Origin: Cirrosporium novae-zelandiae | Lineage: Eukaryota | NCBI GenBank assembly: GCA_026023565.1 | Contig: JAPETS010000031.1 | Location: 310,001 to 359,268 of the forward strand | Direction: 5' to 3' | DNA: 49,268 nucleotides | Part shown: positions 38,433 through 49,114 of the stretch, one piece after another | Position numbering within the stretch: position 1 is the stretch's first letter | Layout: the number at the start of each line of letters is the position of its first letter | Translations under genes and position numbers: made by a program | Notes under the pieces: generated by a model | Database searches by the model: none | What the model was told of the DNA's origin: nothing | The model's input: the letters and a program-made list of their open reading frames with translations, nothing else

Positions 38433-39642
38433 CTTTAAGCAATCCTATTTTATCCTATCCTCGTATCAATGAGATGGGGTTATACATCTTCTTCTATATT
38501 CTGAAAAGGATAAGCTTTATTCTAGAATCTTGTTGATTCACGATCTCTTGACCAAATCCAAGCATTCTAGTTTACTTAGGTAGTTTACCACCACTTTCAC
38601 AGAGCGGCGAACAGTGGTGAAGATGACTATGAGTAACCCATTTAAATATATATAGATGCTAATCAATAAAGCACTCAACCAAGGATACAGTTCAAGCCTC
38701 ACTAACAACCTCACTAACTACCTCAATAGCCATCGGATAGAAAATGTGCCAGCGCTCCTACAGAATATATATTCAAGTTACTTACGAAGACCAGATTGAG
38801 AATAAGTGAAGTTCTAAGTATACCATACCATGCGCATGGTCTTAGGTAACCAATCCACACCTTTACTTTGCCGAATTACTATAACGAACCGTTCATACCA
38901 ACTTCGCACATCTCCTACCAACATCTCCTGGCAGCACTCATAAATGCACATACTACGCAGGCACATCTCCATGATACTAGAGGACGCCTGTAAGCGACGC
39001 TTGACGATGAAGCATACAATCAACCTTTTCTCTTCCCCAATACTACTTCCCCATACCAGCTCCCTCCCATGTAGCCCCCTACTTGATCGAATGGGATAGA
39101 CGTGAAATCTTGATGAATATAAATTATGTTCCCTGGGAATTGGCTATAACGGAATGCTCCTGGACATTGATACTCTTGACACACGGAAGAACTAAATGTT
39201 CCAACAAGAAATACTCTAAACGTTTTTATAAGAAGACAGTATTGCCTGAGCGTTTTCTACGCTACCAGCCCTAAAATGGCCAACTTTCTCAACCCGAGAA
39301 TTACGAGAAATTAGCCAATAATTACCTCGCTTTCAATAGTTCCCTTCCTCTACACAGAGAACCCTAATTTCAATACCAAGCATATACGTAAGCGTAATAA
39401 TTCGGTTTTAGATATTTGATAATAGACAATCTTTACTAGTACACAAAATTGACAAATAAGTGGCTTTTATCCCCAAGGCTTTCTGGTTTGTAATCCATAA
39501 AGGCGACTAATTATCTTTCGGCCGAATACCACAGTAGACCCCTCAATATAGATAATAGAATTGTAAATGTCAAAGCCAATAATATGAATAATGAAAACAC
39601 GGGTGGGTTTTTAAAAATTCAACGCCCAGTCTAACCAGCTGA

Positions 39643-40248
39643 CTAGGTGGCCAGGGAACCATCTGCTCCTGCAAGCTTGCAGTAATAACTGATCTAAGTG
39701 GTCATGGAGGTTAGAAATTTGCCATGCATAAAAAACGTAGGATGAATGGAGTTGATGTAGACATACCTCATCGCCACCGATGTGTCCAGCCGCTGATGAG
39801 CAATAAGGGATATCGGCGTCGACCTTTATGGGCTCCGTTAGCTGGCAGTTCAACAGAGAATAGGAGTACTCTCGACATAGGGTTCTCAGCTATAACATAC
39901 AATCACGCAGTCAGGGCACGTATCCCACCACTCATCACCAGTGTCTCGGTTGCTATAATAAGTGCATGCTGTGGTGGTAATCGCTTCCTCATAGACGTTC
40001 TACAGAAATCCTCAATTAGAAATACTCTCTCAAAGTTAGAGAAAGGGAACTTGTATAACTTACCTCTCCGCTGTCGGTTGAGACGCATATGGCACTGGTG
40101 TGTAGATCGGCAAAGACGCTAGTGAAACTTATTAGTATTCAAGTTACCTGAGCGGTAGCGAGAGCCCCTTGAAATGATGGGTGAATGGTAAGAAGGCATA
40201 CCCTGCGCTCATGGCAGCCAACAAGATGGCAATGGTAGAGAACTGCAT
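39643..40248 (-). CDS. Small secreted cysteine-rich protein (~102 aa, 6 Cys), 5 exons; not represented as a whole in the ORF track
   Basis: Manual splicing over four canonical GT-AG introns gives MQFSTIAILLAAMSAG|VFADLHTSAICVSTDSGE|NVYEEAITTTACTYYSNRDTGDEWWDTCPDCVI|VDADIPYCSSAAGHIGGDE|ISYYCKLAGADGSLAT-stop. Confidence 0.85.
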
Positions 40249-41729
40249 GTTGAAAGGACTTTGTCAAAAAGTCAAGGTAAAAGATTTGAATTGGGTGAAG
40301 GTAATACAGGAGGGAAACAATTCAAGTTCCAGAAAGATATGATTGAATGAGGATGAACGATATAACTCATGCGAACACCATCGGTATATATACAACCTCT
40401 CTTCCCATTACTGCATCGAGGAACTTCTCTTTTTGGTCACTGCCTTTGCCTTGTTAATCCCCGAGTATGCGCTGATATTTACTGCGGTTTCTTGAAACCT
40501 ACAAAACAAGATTGGTAGGGGTCGGAGTAATACAATGCATTGCTACGGTATAGAGTAGACATCTAGAAAACTGTGGACCCAAGTCTTGTTCGATTAGTGT
40601 CTTTGACTGGTTCGGAACGTCAGAAGGTGAGCTGAGTTGAAAAGAAATGGTAAATGGTATCTGAACAAAATGATCGGCAACCTTTTTGGTTGTATCCGAG
40701 CAGGTTTCCCTTGAAACAAATAGTTTGGAAGTTGAAGATTTTGAGACAAATCTTTTCAAATTAATTGATAAGGGTAAAGGTAGTGTGAGATGGTGTGAGA
40801 TAGTATGGTAGGACCCTGATGATTAAGGCCTGAGACCCCTGGGAGATCTTGGGCTAGTTGTTGGGGGGTACGCGGGGGTGTGGTTAGGCACTATGGCACC
40901 AAGGCCGATCGTAAGTAGTTTTAGTTACTACCACAAGACCACCAGGACCATGCTCGAGTAGCGTACTGTGCGCTGTAAGGACTCGGTGACTCGGCACTTC
41001 GGGTCTACCCGTCAGCCCCAAGCCTCAGCCCAGGAGAGATATTCAATATTAGATATTAGATTCACCAATACCAATTAATTACCAACTTTATAGTTCTATT
41101 ATACTCTATCTGTACATACGTACCCAGGTATTGTCACAACGAGTCATGACTCCCTGTTGCATCAACTGGTAATTTTACATGGTATCATCCCAAACAGAAG
41201 CCTAGATCGGAATTTTAGAATCCGTTATCCTGCCAATGCATTCCGACTATATCTCTTAACTCAATCTGGGTAATGCTCTTGGACAGTCAAACCAACACCA
41301 AGATTCCCACCATCACACATTACCTATGAACAGCAGACGACTTTCAGAAGCTCCATGTCAATGGTCTAATTCGTTGTTCATCGTTTCATCTTTATGCATA
41401 TGATCATGTTTCAACATAATATTTTCCTTGAATGTTCAACTTCCTTTCATTTACGGCCGAAACTTGCCATGACATGAAGACTTTTTTCTACTTTCAGCAA
41501 TGTCTACTCTCAGCCATGATCAGGGAGCTAACGTCCCGGATGATGGAATATATCATTTCAAGGGTTGTATTTCAATAGCTATAAAAGCTTTCTGGTATCC
41601 TACATGTCACTTTCAATCCCAAGCCACATTCATTTCTTCATCTCAATCAAGTATTGATCAAGCATTGACATTCTTTTATCAATCAAGTATTGACTCAGTT
41701 ACAATCCTTACAATCCTCTCAGTCTCACG

Positions 41730-42485
41730 ATGCATTCCCTCAGTATCATCTCCCTCGCCCTGGCGGCGTCCAGCATGCTTGTGAATGCTTATCCAAGCGG
41801 TGCCTCCTTGGCTCGTCGCGACTTGGCTGCCGACGAAATCATTGTCTGGGGAAGTAATGGCCGTGTCGAGGTCATGAACAAGACCGAGTACTACAATGAA
41901 CTGGCATCTTCCAACATCACCATTGGTCGTCCCGAATCAGGCAACACCACCACCACCACCACCTCCTCCAACACCACCTCTTCCCTTGTCCGTCGCAGCT
42001 GCAAGAGCAGAACGGTTATCAAAGAACTCGATGACGAGGAATTCCTCAACTGGGACGTTGCCATGTCCTCAGTTGTTCACGCCACCGATGAATCTGCCAG
42101 TGTTTCTGTGACCGAGGGTTACAGCATCAGCAACACCCTTAGCGTTTCTGTATCCGCCAGCCTCACTATTGTCGAAGATTTCCTGTCAACCACTTTCGGC
42201 GTCGACTATTCTGAATCATGGAGTTCTTCTTATACCTCCTCCTACACTTTCACCGTTCCCGCCGGAAAGTACGGTGTTGTGGTCAGCAATCCACAAACCA
42301 TTCGCCATAGTGGTTACGTTTATACCGGTTGTGTTGGAGCTATGACTGAGGAGGCTTACTACCAGGGAGATTCCTACACCAGCAAGGCATACGGCGGTCT
42401 GAGCTGGGTTGAAGGAACCATCAGCCTCTGCACGGGTACCACTTACCCTGTACCCCGCTGCATCGGTTCAGGATCTCTTTCATAA
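41730..42485 (+). CDS. Secreted effector-like protein (CELP0028-like), Ser/Thr-rich beta-strand mature domain, intronless
   Basis: 251 aa with signal peptide MHSLSIISLALAASSMLVNA. Dibasic sites LARR and LVRR. The mature part has 4 Cys, WDVAMS, alternating SVSVSASL and YTFTVPAGKYGVVVSNP. Confidence 0.85.
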   Translation: MHSLSIISLALAASSMLVNAYPSGASLARRDLAADEIIVWGSNGRVEVMNKTEYYNELASSNITIGRPESGNTTTTTTSSNTTSSLVRRSCKSRTVIKELDDEEFLNWDVAMSSVVHATDESASVSVTEGYSISNTLSVSVSASLTIVEDFLSTTFGVDYSESWSSSYTSSYTFTVPAGKYGVVVSNPQTIRHSGYVYTGCVGAMTEEAYYQGDSYTSKAYGGLSWVEGTISLCTGTTYPVPRCIGSGSLS

Positions 42486-43603
42486 GAACGGTTCGGTTTA
42501 AGTCTTGAAGACTAACACCATAATTGTCTAATTCACCCGTTCGAGTTCTAGAGTGGATCATTTTACTAAGTACATGTCTTCGGCTTCGATACCAATTTTT
42601 GTATAGTACGCTACCAAAAGAAAAACCACCAATAGCTAGTTTTATCTCCATCTCATGTCATTAGGTCATTGAATTGGTAACTTGGAGCTGAGGATTTTAT
42701 CTTTAACAATATACGTGGTTTCATGTTTCCAATTGAAGGTTTAACTTTTTAGATGTTCATCATAGTACTCGAGTATCCGGTAAATTTTTTTTATATCTCA
42801 AAAGACATGGAGTAAACATTTTGATGATGCTGAGTACCGTACTGTAAAAAGTAAATCTTAGGGTCCCAAAATATCTCGTGATATTCCTAGTAACTTAGGT
42901 AAATAAACTACCCTAGTAACTAGTAATCTAAACCCTTTCAGGGTTAACATCTACCACAGTATCTCACTTTGAAACTTCCCCCCCACCCTACCCTGTTACA
43001 GAGAAGAAATCGCGTAAGCTTTTTCTCCTAACATTTTTTTACACAATAGTTAATGAACGAGAATGTAACATACGTAATATAAACATGAACATGAACATGA
43101 ACTCATTTTTTTTCTCTTTGAAATATACACACACATACACCAGTAATCATATCATCTCTATTCAGGTCTACTCGAGTTCACGTACTTGGTAAAATTTATA
43201 TCCATGTTATTCCTGCAATTGATGATTGTCAGGATCTTTCCGAGTTCCGACTAAGAAAAAAAATACTTTAATGATCGACAGGGGTAACACAATAGTCTAG
43301 GGAATAGGTTATATGATGTCACTAGCGGGGTTTTTTTTATCGGTGATACACACAGAACAGGATAGGGTAAGTGTAAGCGATAGACGTTTTTTTTCTAAGC
43401 CTCCCCCTACTAAGTAGCTACTGTGGTAAGAATTACCCTTACCTTATGATTTTTCCACTTGAAATGCTCTATTTCTCGTCTACTTCTCTTTCTGTTAGTA
43501 TATAGCTTGAGAATATTTTTTCATTCATCTTTTTTTGTTTAATGTTTTGATTGATGAAGAGATCGGGATTTGACTGTACTGTAATGTAAATCTAGTAGAG
43601 CAC

Positions 43604-44193
43604 TCCCCTAAAATACAATCCTCGCTTGGGGGGGTTAGGTACCACTCAAGTAGATAGAATAGAATTCCCACCTCGTGGATTCCTAGGTCCCATCTCAGCT
43701 GGAAGGGCCCTGTTCCCAGTACTATAGGTCCGCTTCCCACATGTTATTAAGATCTTTAACACAGTCTTGTATTATTATAGAACCTCTCTAATATACCCAC
43801 CCAGAAGGAAAAGTAAGCGAAAGGCCCAAAATAGCTTTACAGGAGACCTCTGTCCGCCCTGTAGGGTTGAAGGGCTGAATCGGCCCGAAAGTATAGTACC
43901 CCCCCCCCCCTCCCCTTATCCTGAATGGCGGGATTTCAAATAACAAGGCAAGATTAAAGGAACTTGACACTTGGACGGCGGCGGCGTTACTTCGTGCTAA
44001 AAAGATATAAAACGGTTTTGGGGAAAACCAAAGTAACCCTATATCAATCCTTCTGGTATACACACTATCGAATCTTGGCACGGAACGGCCGGAAACATTT
44101 TGTTGCAGCCCTACTAGATGCCCTACTAGATTACATTACTCTCAAGCACTGTAAGCTACCCCCCAAGCGAGGATGTTTTTTTTCCCTAGGGGA
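43604..44193. repeat. Degenerate inverted repeat pair (possible MITE/DNA-transposon relic)
   Basis: ATCCTCGCTTGGGGGG at 43618-43633 is the exact reverse complement of CCCCCCAAGCGAGGAT at 44159-44174, with imperfect extension outward (TCCCCTA / TAGGGGA). Confidence 0.55.
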
Positions 44194-44695
44194 TTAAAAC
44201 TAGACTTTAAGTGGACCATTAGACAGATGCGGGGTGTACCTTGTATGGAGGCTAAAATAGGCTTTGATTCATCCGTGAGATGGTTTTAGTTTTCTGTTCC
44301 TTACCCATGAGCCTTTTTCAGTTGCTGCTCTCCGTTCGTTCCAAGGAGTTGAAACATTGATATTGCTGGGTGTGGCCTATCTCCTATCTAACCCTTGGGG
44401 GTCACGGTACAGGAAAAGAAAATCGATTTCGGGTTGAGGTAAAGGAGTCTTCGTATGTGTCTATGTTACAAAGATGTAATGGTATGTTATTATTGGAGTT
44501 GAATGTTATATACATGTATTTTGCACATTCCAAGTTTCGTTGGTGTTAACAAAGCGACCCTCAAGCATACTACAAAGGGCCAGCCAGATGCTCCTCACAT
44601 CGACCTCCTCTTCACACCGACCTCCTTTTCACACCGACCTCAGGTTCCATCTCTCTTCTAAAGCATCTTTTGTCTAAAGCAAATCCAAAAGCCGC

Positions 44696-46554
44696 TCAGC
44701 CCCACAAGAAATTGAACTTGCGCCAGCCTTTCTTCGGCTGCGGAGGTGGTTCCGGGTTCAATCGCGCAATCTCGATGTACTTGCGGATAGGCAATTCTTC
44801 TAAAGGGACGACTTTTGATTTCTTGGTCCATTTGTAACCGAAGTAGAGGACAAATATGAGAGGAATGTTGAAGTAAGCCGAGACGAAGGATTCGGAGTCC
44901 CACCTAGATGCCATGTATTGTTAGCCTCTTCTCTTGGGGATGCTCCGGCGGAAAGGAGTCCCTGGTAGACTTACTCTCCGTTGATGAAAACCGTGTAGCC
45001 CGCTGTTATCATGATGATGCTGAAGGAAATCATGCCCGTCCATGCTGCATATGGTTGCAAAGGCCCTTTCCAAGGCAGTTCACTACGGTCGATGCCCTGT
45101 TTCTTGCAACCATAATAGAATCGCAAGTAGACAAGACAGATGCTGATCCAGTGAACGAAAGTCGCGGCGGACACCAAGTCCTGGAACCAGCCAAATACTA
45201 TAGAAGCTGAATGTCCGCATGTCATGTAGCCCAAGGCGAGGAAGATGCTGATCCCGCAAACTGCTATGTAGGGAATGCCGTATCGATTGACCCGTAGGAA
45301 TACTTTGGGGGCGTGGCCTTCTCTAGCTAGTCCATAGAGAATACGTGAGCCCCCAAGTAACCCTACAGAAGAGTAATCAAAGGAGTCAGCAGATGGTTAT
45401 GAGGGTGAGAAAGAAGCTAACCCGAATTCCCAGAGCTCCATGCACTTGTCAACACAACCGCGTTGACAATATGGGGAACAACAGGGATAGCCGCATTTTC
45501 ACAAGCGATGACAAAGGGGGACTCTGCCGCGGTGCTAGCAGAATTCAGGAGTCTATCATCATTTGACGGCACAAGCAAGCCGACCATGAAAATGGAAATC
45601 ACATAGAAAATAAGCACACGCCAGAAGATCCTTTTCGCAGCTTTTGGGATATTTCTTCGTGGGGCTTTGGTTTCGGCCGCTGCCAATGAAATTCCTTCCA
45701 CACCCGAATATGCATAAGCTGCATTGGAGAAGGTTGTCCAGAATCCGCAGAAACGGCCAAGCGAAGCAGGCTGAATACCAAGGTAATCAACCCAAGGGCC
45801 TGGATCTCTCCAGTACTGGAAACCGTATGCATGATGATCGGGACCACCTCCTGCGACGATGACTACAGCCTTTTGACCGTTAACGAGAGAGTATATGGTG
45901 ATTTGGAAATAGTCTCACCATGATATTGAGTCCAATGATTAGCAGGATCTTCAGGGCCGCGAAAGAGAACTCCAATTCTCCGTAAACCCGAACGAAGAAT
46001 AAGTTGGTTGCCAGGAGGAGACCTCCCAAGAGTGTAACCCAAATAGCATTGTTGATGGTTACCCAAAACTGGATGATGGCTGCAGCTGCCGTGATCTCGG
46101 CAGGTAATGACACTATGGTGTAGTATATGCTATTCCATCCTTGGGCGAAAGATAGGGCAGGGTCGAAAAAGTATTCTGCATGACGAATGACAGCTCCACT
46201 CAGCGGAACAAGAGCGCTGAGTTCTGCGATGGAAATGCAGACACATGAGACCAACATTCCGACCAAGGTATATCCGATAAACGCCCCAGCAGGTCCAGCT
46301 CTGGCAATAGCCTTGCCAGATCCAAGAAATAGCCCTGTTCCAATTGTTCCCGCCAATGCAATCATCTGGATATGTCTTTGCTCTAGACCCCGGATCAAGT
46401 CTTTCTTTTCCTCAAACTCGATGGGATCATCTTCCACATAGCTGGGTACGGCCTCGATATCGACATTTTCCTTGGAGCTTTGGTGATATGCTTTCTCCTC
46501 TATAGATATTTTTTCTTGAGATGATACGCCCCGAGGGTCTGACGGAACAGACAT
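44696..46554 (-). CDS. Amino acid permease, APC superfamily YAT family (Dip5/proline-permease-like), 4 exons
   Basis: RGLEQRHIQMIALAGTIGTGLFLGSG, FFDPALSFAQGW, VRVYGELEF, GFQYWRDPG, AAAETKAPRRNIPKAAKRIFWR, SPFVIA, SAWSSGNS, LPWKGPLQPY. Confidence 0.95.
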
Positions 46555-47715
46555 GATGAGATGAGTAGTATGGAATATGAAGAAGGAGCTTGCAAGACTA
46601 GAGGTTGGAATCGAGGTTATTTATAACCCGGGTTGACTGCAATCAAGTTCTTTGACGTTACAGCACATTCCACAAAGGTATCTCACAGATTGTGCCACAC
46701 TGGCTAGAGTATCCCCGGCTGCAGTTACACGACGATGCGCATGGAGATAAGCAAGGGTCGGTTCAATGTCGCAACCATATCAAACCTGCTATCAGGTTTT
46801 CCTTGCCATCTTCTAGATTCACTCGGAGTTCATCTGGATAACGAACGACCGTGACGGATAGTCGCTATCCGATTAAGTTGGGAGGTCCCCACATTGTCTC
46901 GGCCATTTCAATGATAGGCACGACTTTGACCGTCCATGTCTGAGATTGAATAGAAAGATTTGGGAAATGGGAACAGAAAAGGTCAACTGATCGGAATTGA
47001 GGGGTCAGTGAAAGCAGCCCATTAGAATAAACAACATATGCATCAACAATTAGGAATCAAGAATGGTATTTATTTTCATTGGATATCTCGATGGTGCATC
47101 AGTGGCATGGCAGCTTGCATGGTTGCACAGTACAGCGTTATTCCAGTAGATAAGATGGATAGATGACGTCATTAACCCAACCGATTAAATCCAACAATCC
47201 CCTTTGAGTAATGTATCTGAGTATAGATTATGAATATGAGAAATTGTTATTAATGTTGAAGGTATTATAGAAATAAAAGAAATATATCATTCTTCCGCAA
47301 TACAAAGGCCCGAATTCCTAATCATCCTTGGCACTACCCCAACGAACCTCTAAACTGTTCTAGGTCGTCTGATAATGCATCAGAGATTCCTTCCATCTAT
47401 AATAGCTATTGCCTATTTTCTATCCATTGAGTTGGATGCCTTTCCTACTTCGTGTTTAGAAGGTTAGCACAATAAATAAGTAATGCCCTCTTTTTTTGAA
47501 GTTGCGGTTTGTGAGTGACTTCAATCAGGTTACTGAGTAACCTGGTATCGCAAGTATAATATACATGGGGAGCATTGTAGAACGGGCAAGTCAATATCTT
47601 AGACATTCAATACTGTTTTCTGTTTCTTGCTCATAATTGACAAGCTCTACATAAATAACTAAGGCATTCTCGATATCCAAGTTGGATCATAAGGCTATTT
47701 TGGACTCGATCGGTT

Positions 47716-47834
47716 ACATACGACCACAGGCTCAAGAGAACTGGGCATCCCGTCCGCTCTGCCATACATAAACTTGAGACCGGTTGGTTAGTAGTTGGGT
47801 CGGTGACGACCAGCGAATACCAACTGTTGTATGT
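47716..47834 (+). rRNA. 5S rRNA gene (dispersed copy 2)
   Basis: ACATACGACCACAGG...CTGTTGTATGT (119 nt) ending in a T5 run; 117/119 identical to copy 1. Confidence 0.97.
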
Positions 47835-48353
47835 TTTTGCTTTGTTAAGATTAGGATTCTGAAGGGGTAGAAAGAATTCCGGGGTTGACTGGCATGGATC
47901 GCGGCTAAGCTTCACTAGGCCGAGACCGTTACAACTCCTCGAAAATGGGTTGTGCTTCGGCCAACGGCTGGGTATTGGGCGACTACTTTTATTGTATTAG
48001 ATATTTTAGAAAAAGAACATCAAGAACTTCCTGATTAAACCCTCATTTTCATATGGGAATACAACCATTCTGGTTATGCCATAAAGGGCCTGTGGAGATT
48101 CAGAGGGTGGTGTTTACTTAAATCTGTAGATAAGACAAGAAGGGAGTGAACTGACCGTGGCTCTAAACGACTAGATATTTGATGCTTTGCCGACACGTAT
48201 TCCTATCTGAGCTTCGAGGCTCCGCCAAAGGATATTCACAACCTGGGCAAATATACTTTCATCTTTCTTCACTTTGGCGGCATCTTCGGTATCAGCAATT
48301 GCGACACGGTCGATCGCACGGCAACCTTCAGGATCTGTTTGGTCTGCGATCTG

Positions 48354-48697
48354 CTAGAAGATCCGCTCTGTATAATATTGAAAGACAACCGCCTTGTAAG
48401 AGTCATTGCTATCAATAGGTAGGCGAACGAAAGGACTGAATGATATCCCTTTTTGGAGTTTGAATGCTTGATCGTATAGAAACGGAGAAACGGGCTTCAC
48501 AACGTAGGTCTCACTGTTGGAACTAAGAATTGTTAGCGGAAGCGACTTGACTACAGGTAGCTAGGTCCATACAGTGCAAGCCAGAATCGATCTATAATTC
48601 CTTTGGGTCTTTTTCGCTCGTAGAAAACCTCTTTAAGGTGGTAGGGAACACCAGGTCGACCGAGAAGAGTTTGGTCAAGTTGCAAAGAGAAAGCCAT
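48354..48697 (-). pseudogene. Truncated gene resembling the N-lobe of a fungal Ser/Thr protein-kinase-like family
   Basis: ATG at 48697 and a canonical 50-nt intron at 48523-48572 (GTATGG..GCTAAC..TAG). Product is MAFSLQLDQTLLGRPGVPYHLKEVFYERKRPKGIIDRFWLALSNSETYVVKPVSPFLYDQAFKLQKGISFSPFVRLPIDSNDSYKAVVFQYYTERIF-stop. I see no HxD/DFG-like C-lobe motifs following. Family assignment is from pattern recall only. Confidence 0.5.
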
Positions 48698-49114
48698 CCT
48701 TGATACAATATGTCATTCTTCACAATTAAGCAGAAGTTGGGAGGGTCTTGGCAGATATCTGTGCGTTGGGTTCGCATACTTAATAATTGTGAACTTCATC
48801 TGCCAACGGCTTGCCAAAACACACCAGCCTAGACGTGGGGCATTGGGGAGCAACGTTATTCCGGGCTTGTCTTGGCATAATATTGCTCGTGGGTTCAATT
48901 CCCACCACAGCTCTTTCACACTAACTATATATAAATAGCAAAGAAAACACCAAAATTCTAATCTCAAACGGTGTTGAAATGCTGACGTGCTGAAGTGAAG
49001 ATGAAGCGGAACAAATAATAAGAACTGGTCGGAAGATATAAATGTCGGATTGAACAAAATCCACTCACATAGCTTAGTGAATCTTGACGCCTGAAAGACA
49101 TGCTTTATTATCCT

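Noticed and set aside
7724..47834. Starship element bounded by 5S rDNA
   Set aside because: Both 5S genes are full length and inverted rather than split halves of one target, and I see no DUF3435 tyrosine-recombinase captain in the window.
54..49057. Numerous short antisense or alternate-frame ORFs in the track (e.g. 4239-4775, 13895-14332, 26683-27063, 30062-30439, 37982-38317)
   Set aside because: They overlap well-supported genes in other frames or strands and lack motifs; they are shadow ORFs.
47835..49114. Telomere-linked RecQ helicase or telomeric retrotransposon
   Set aside because: No long ORF or helicase/RT motifs; only short ORFs and the kinase-like fragment.
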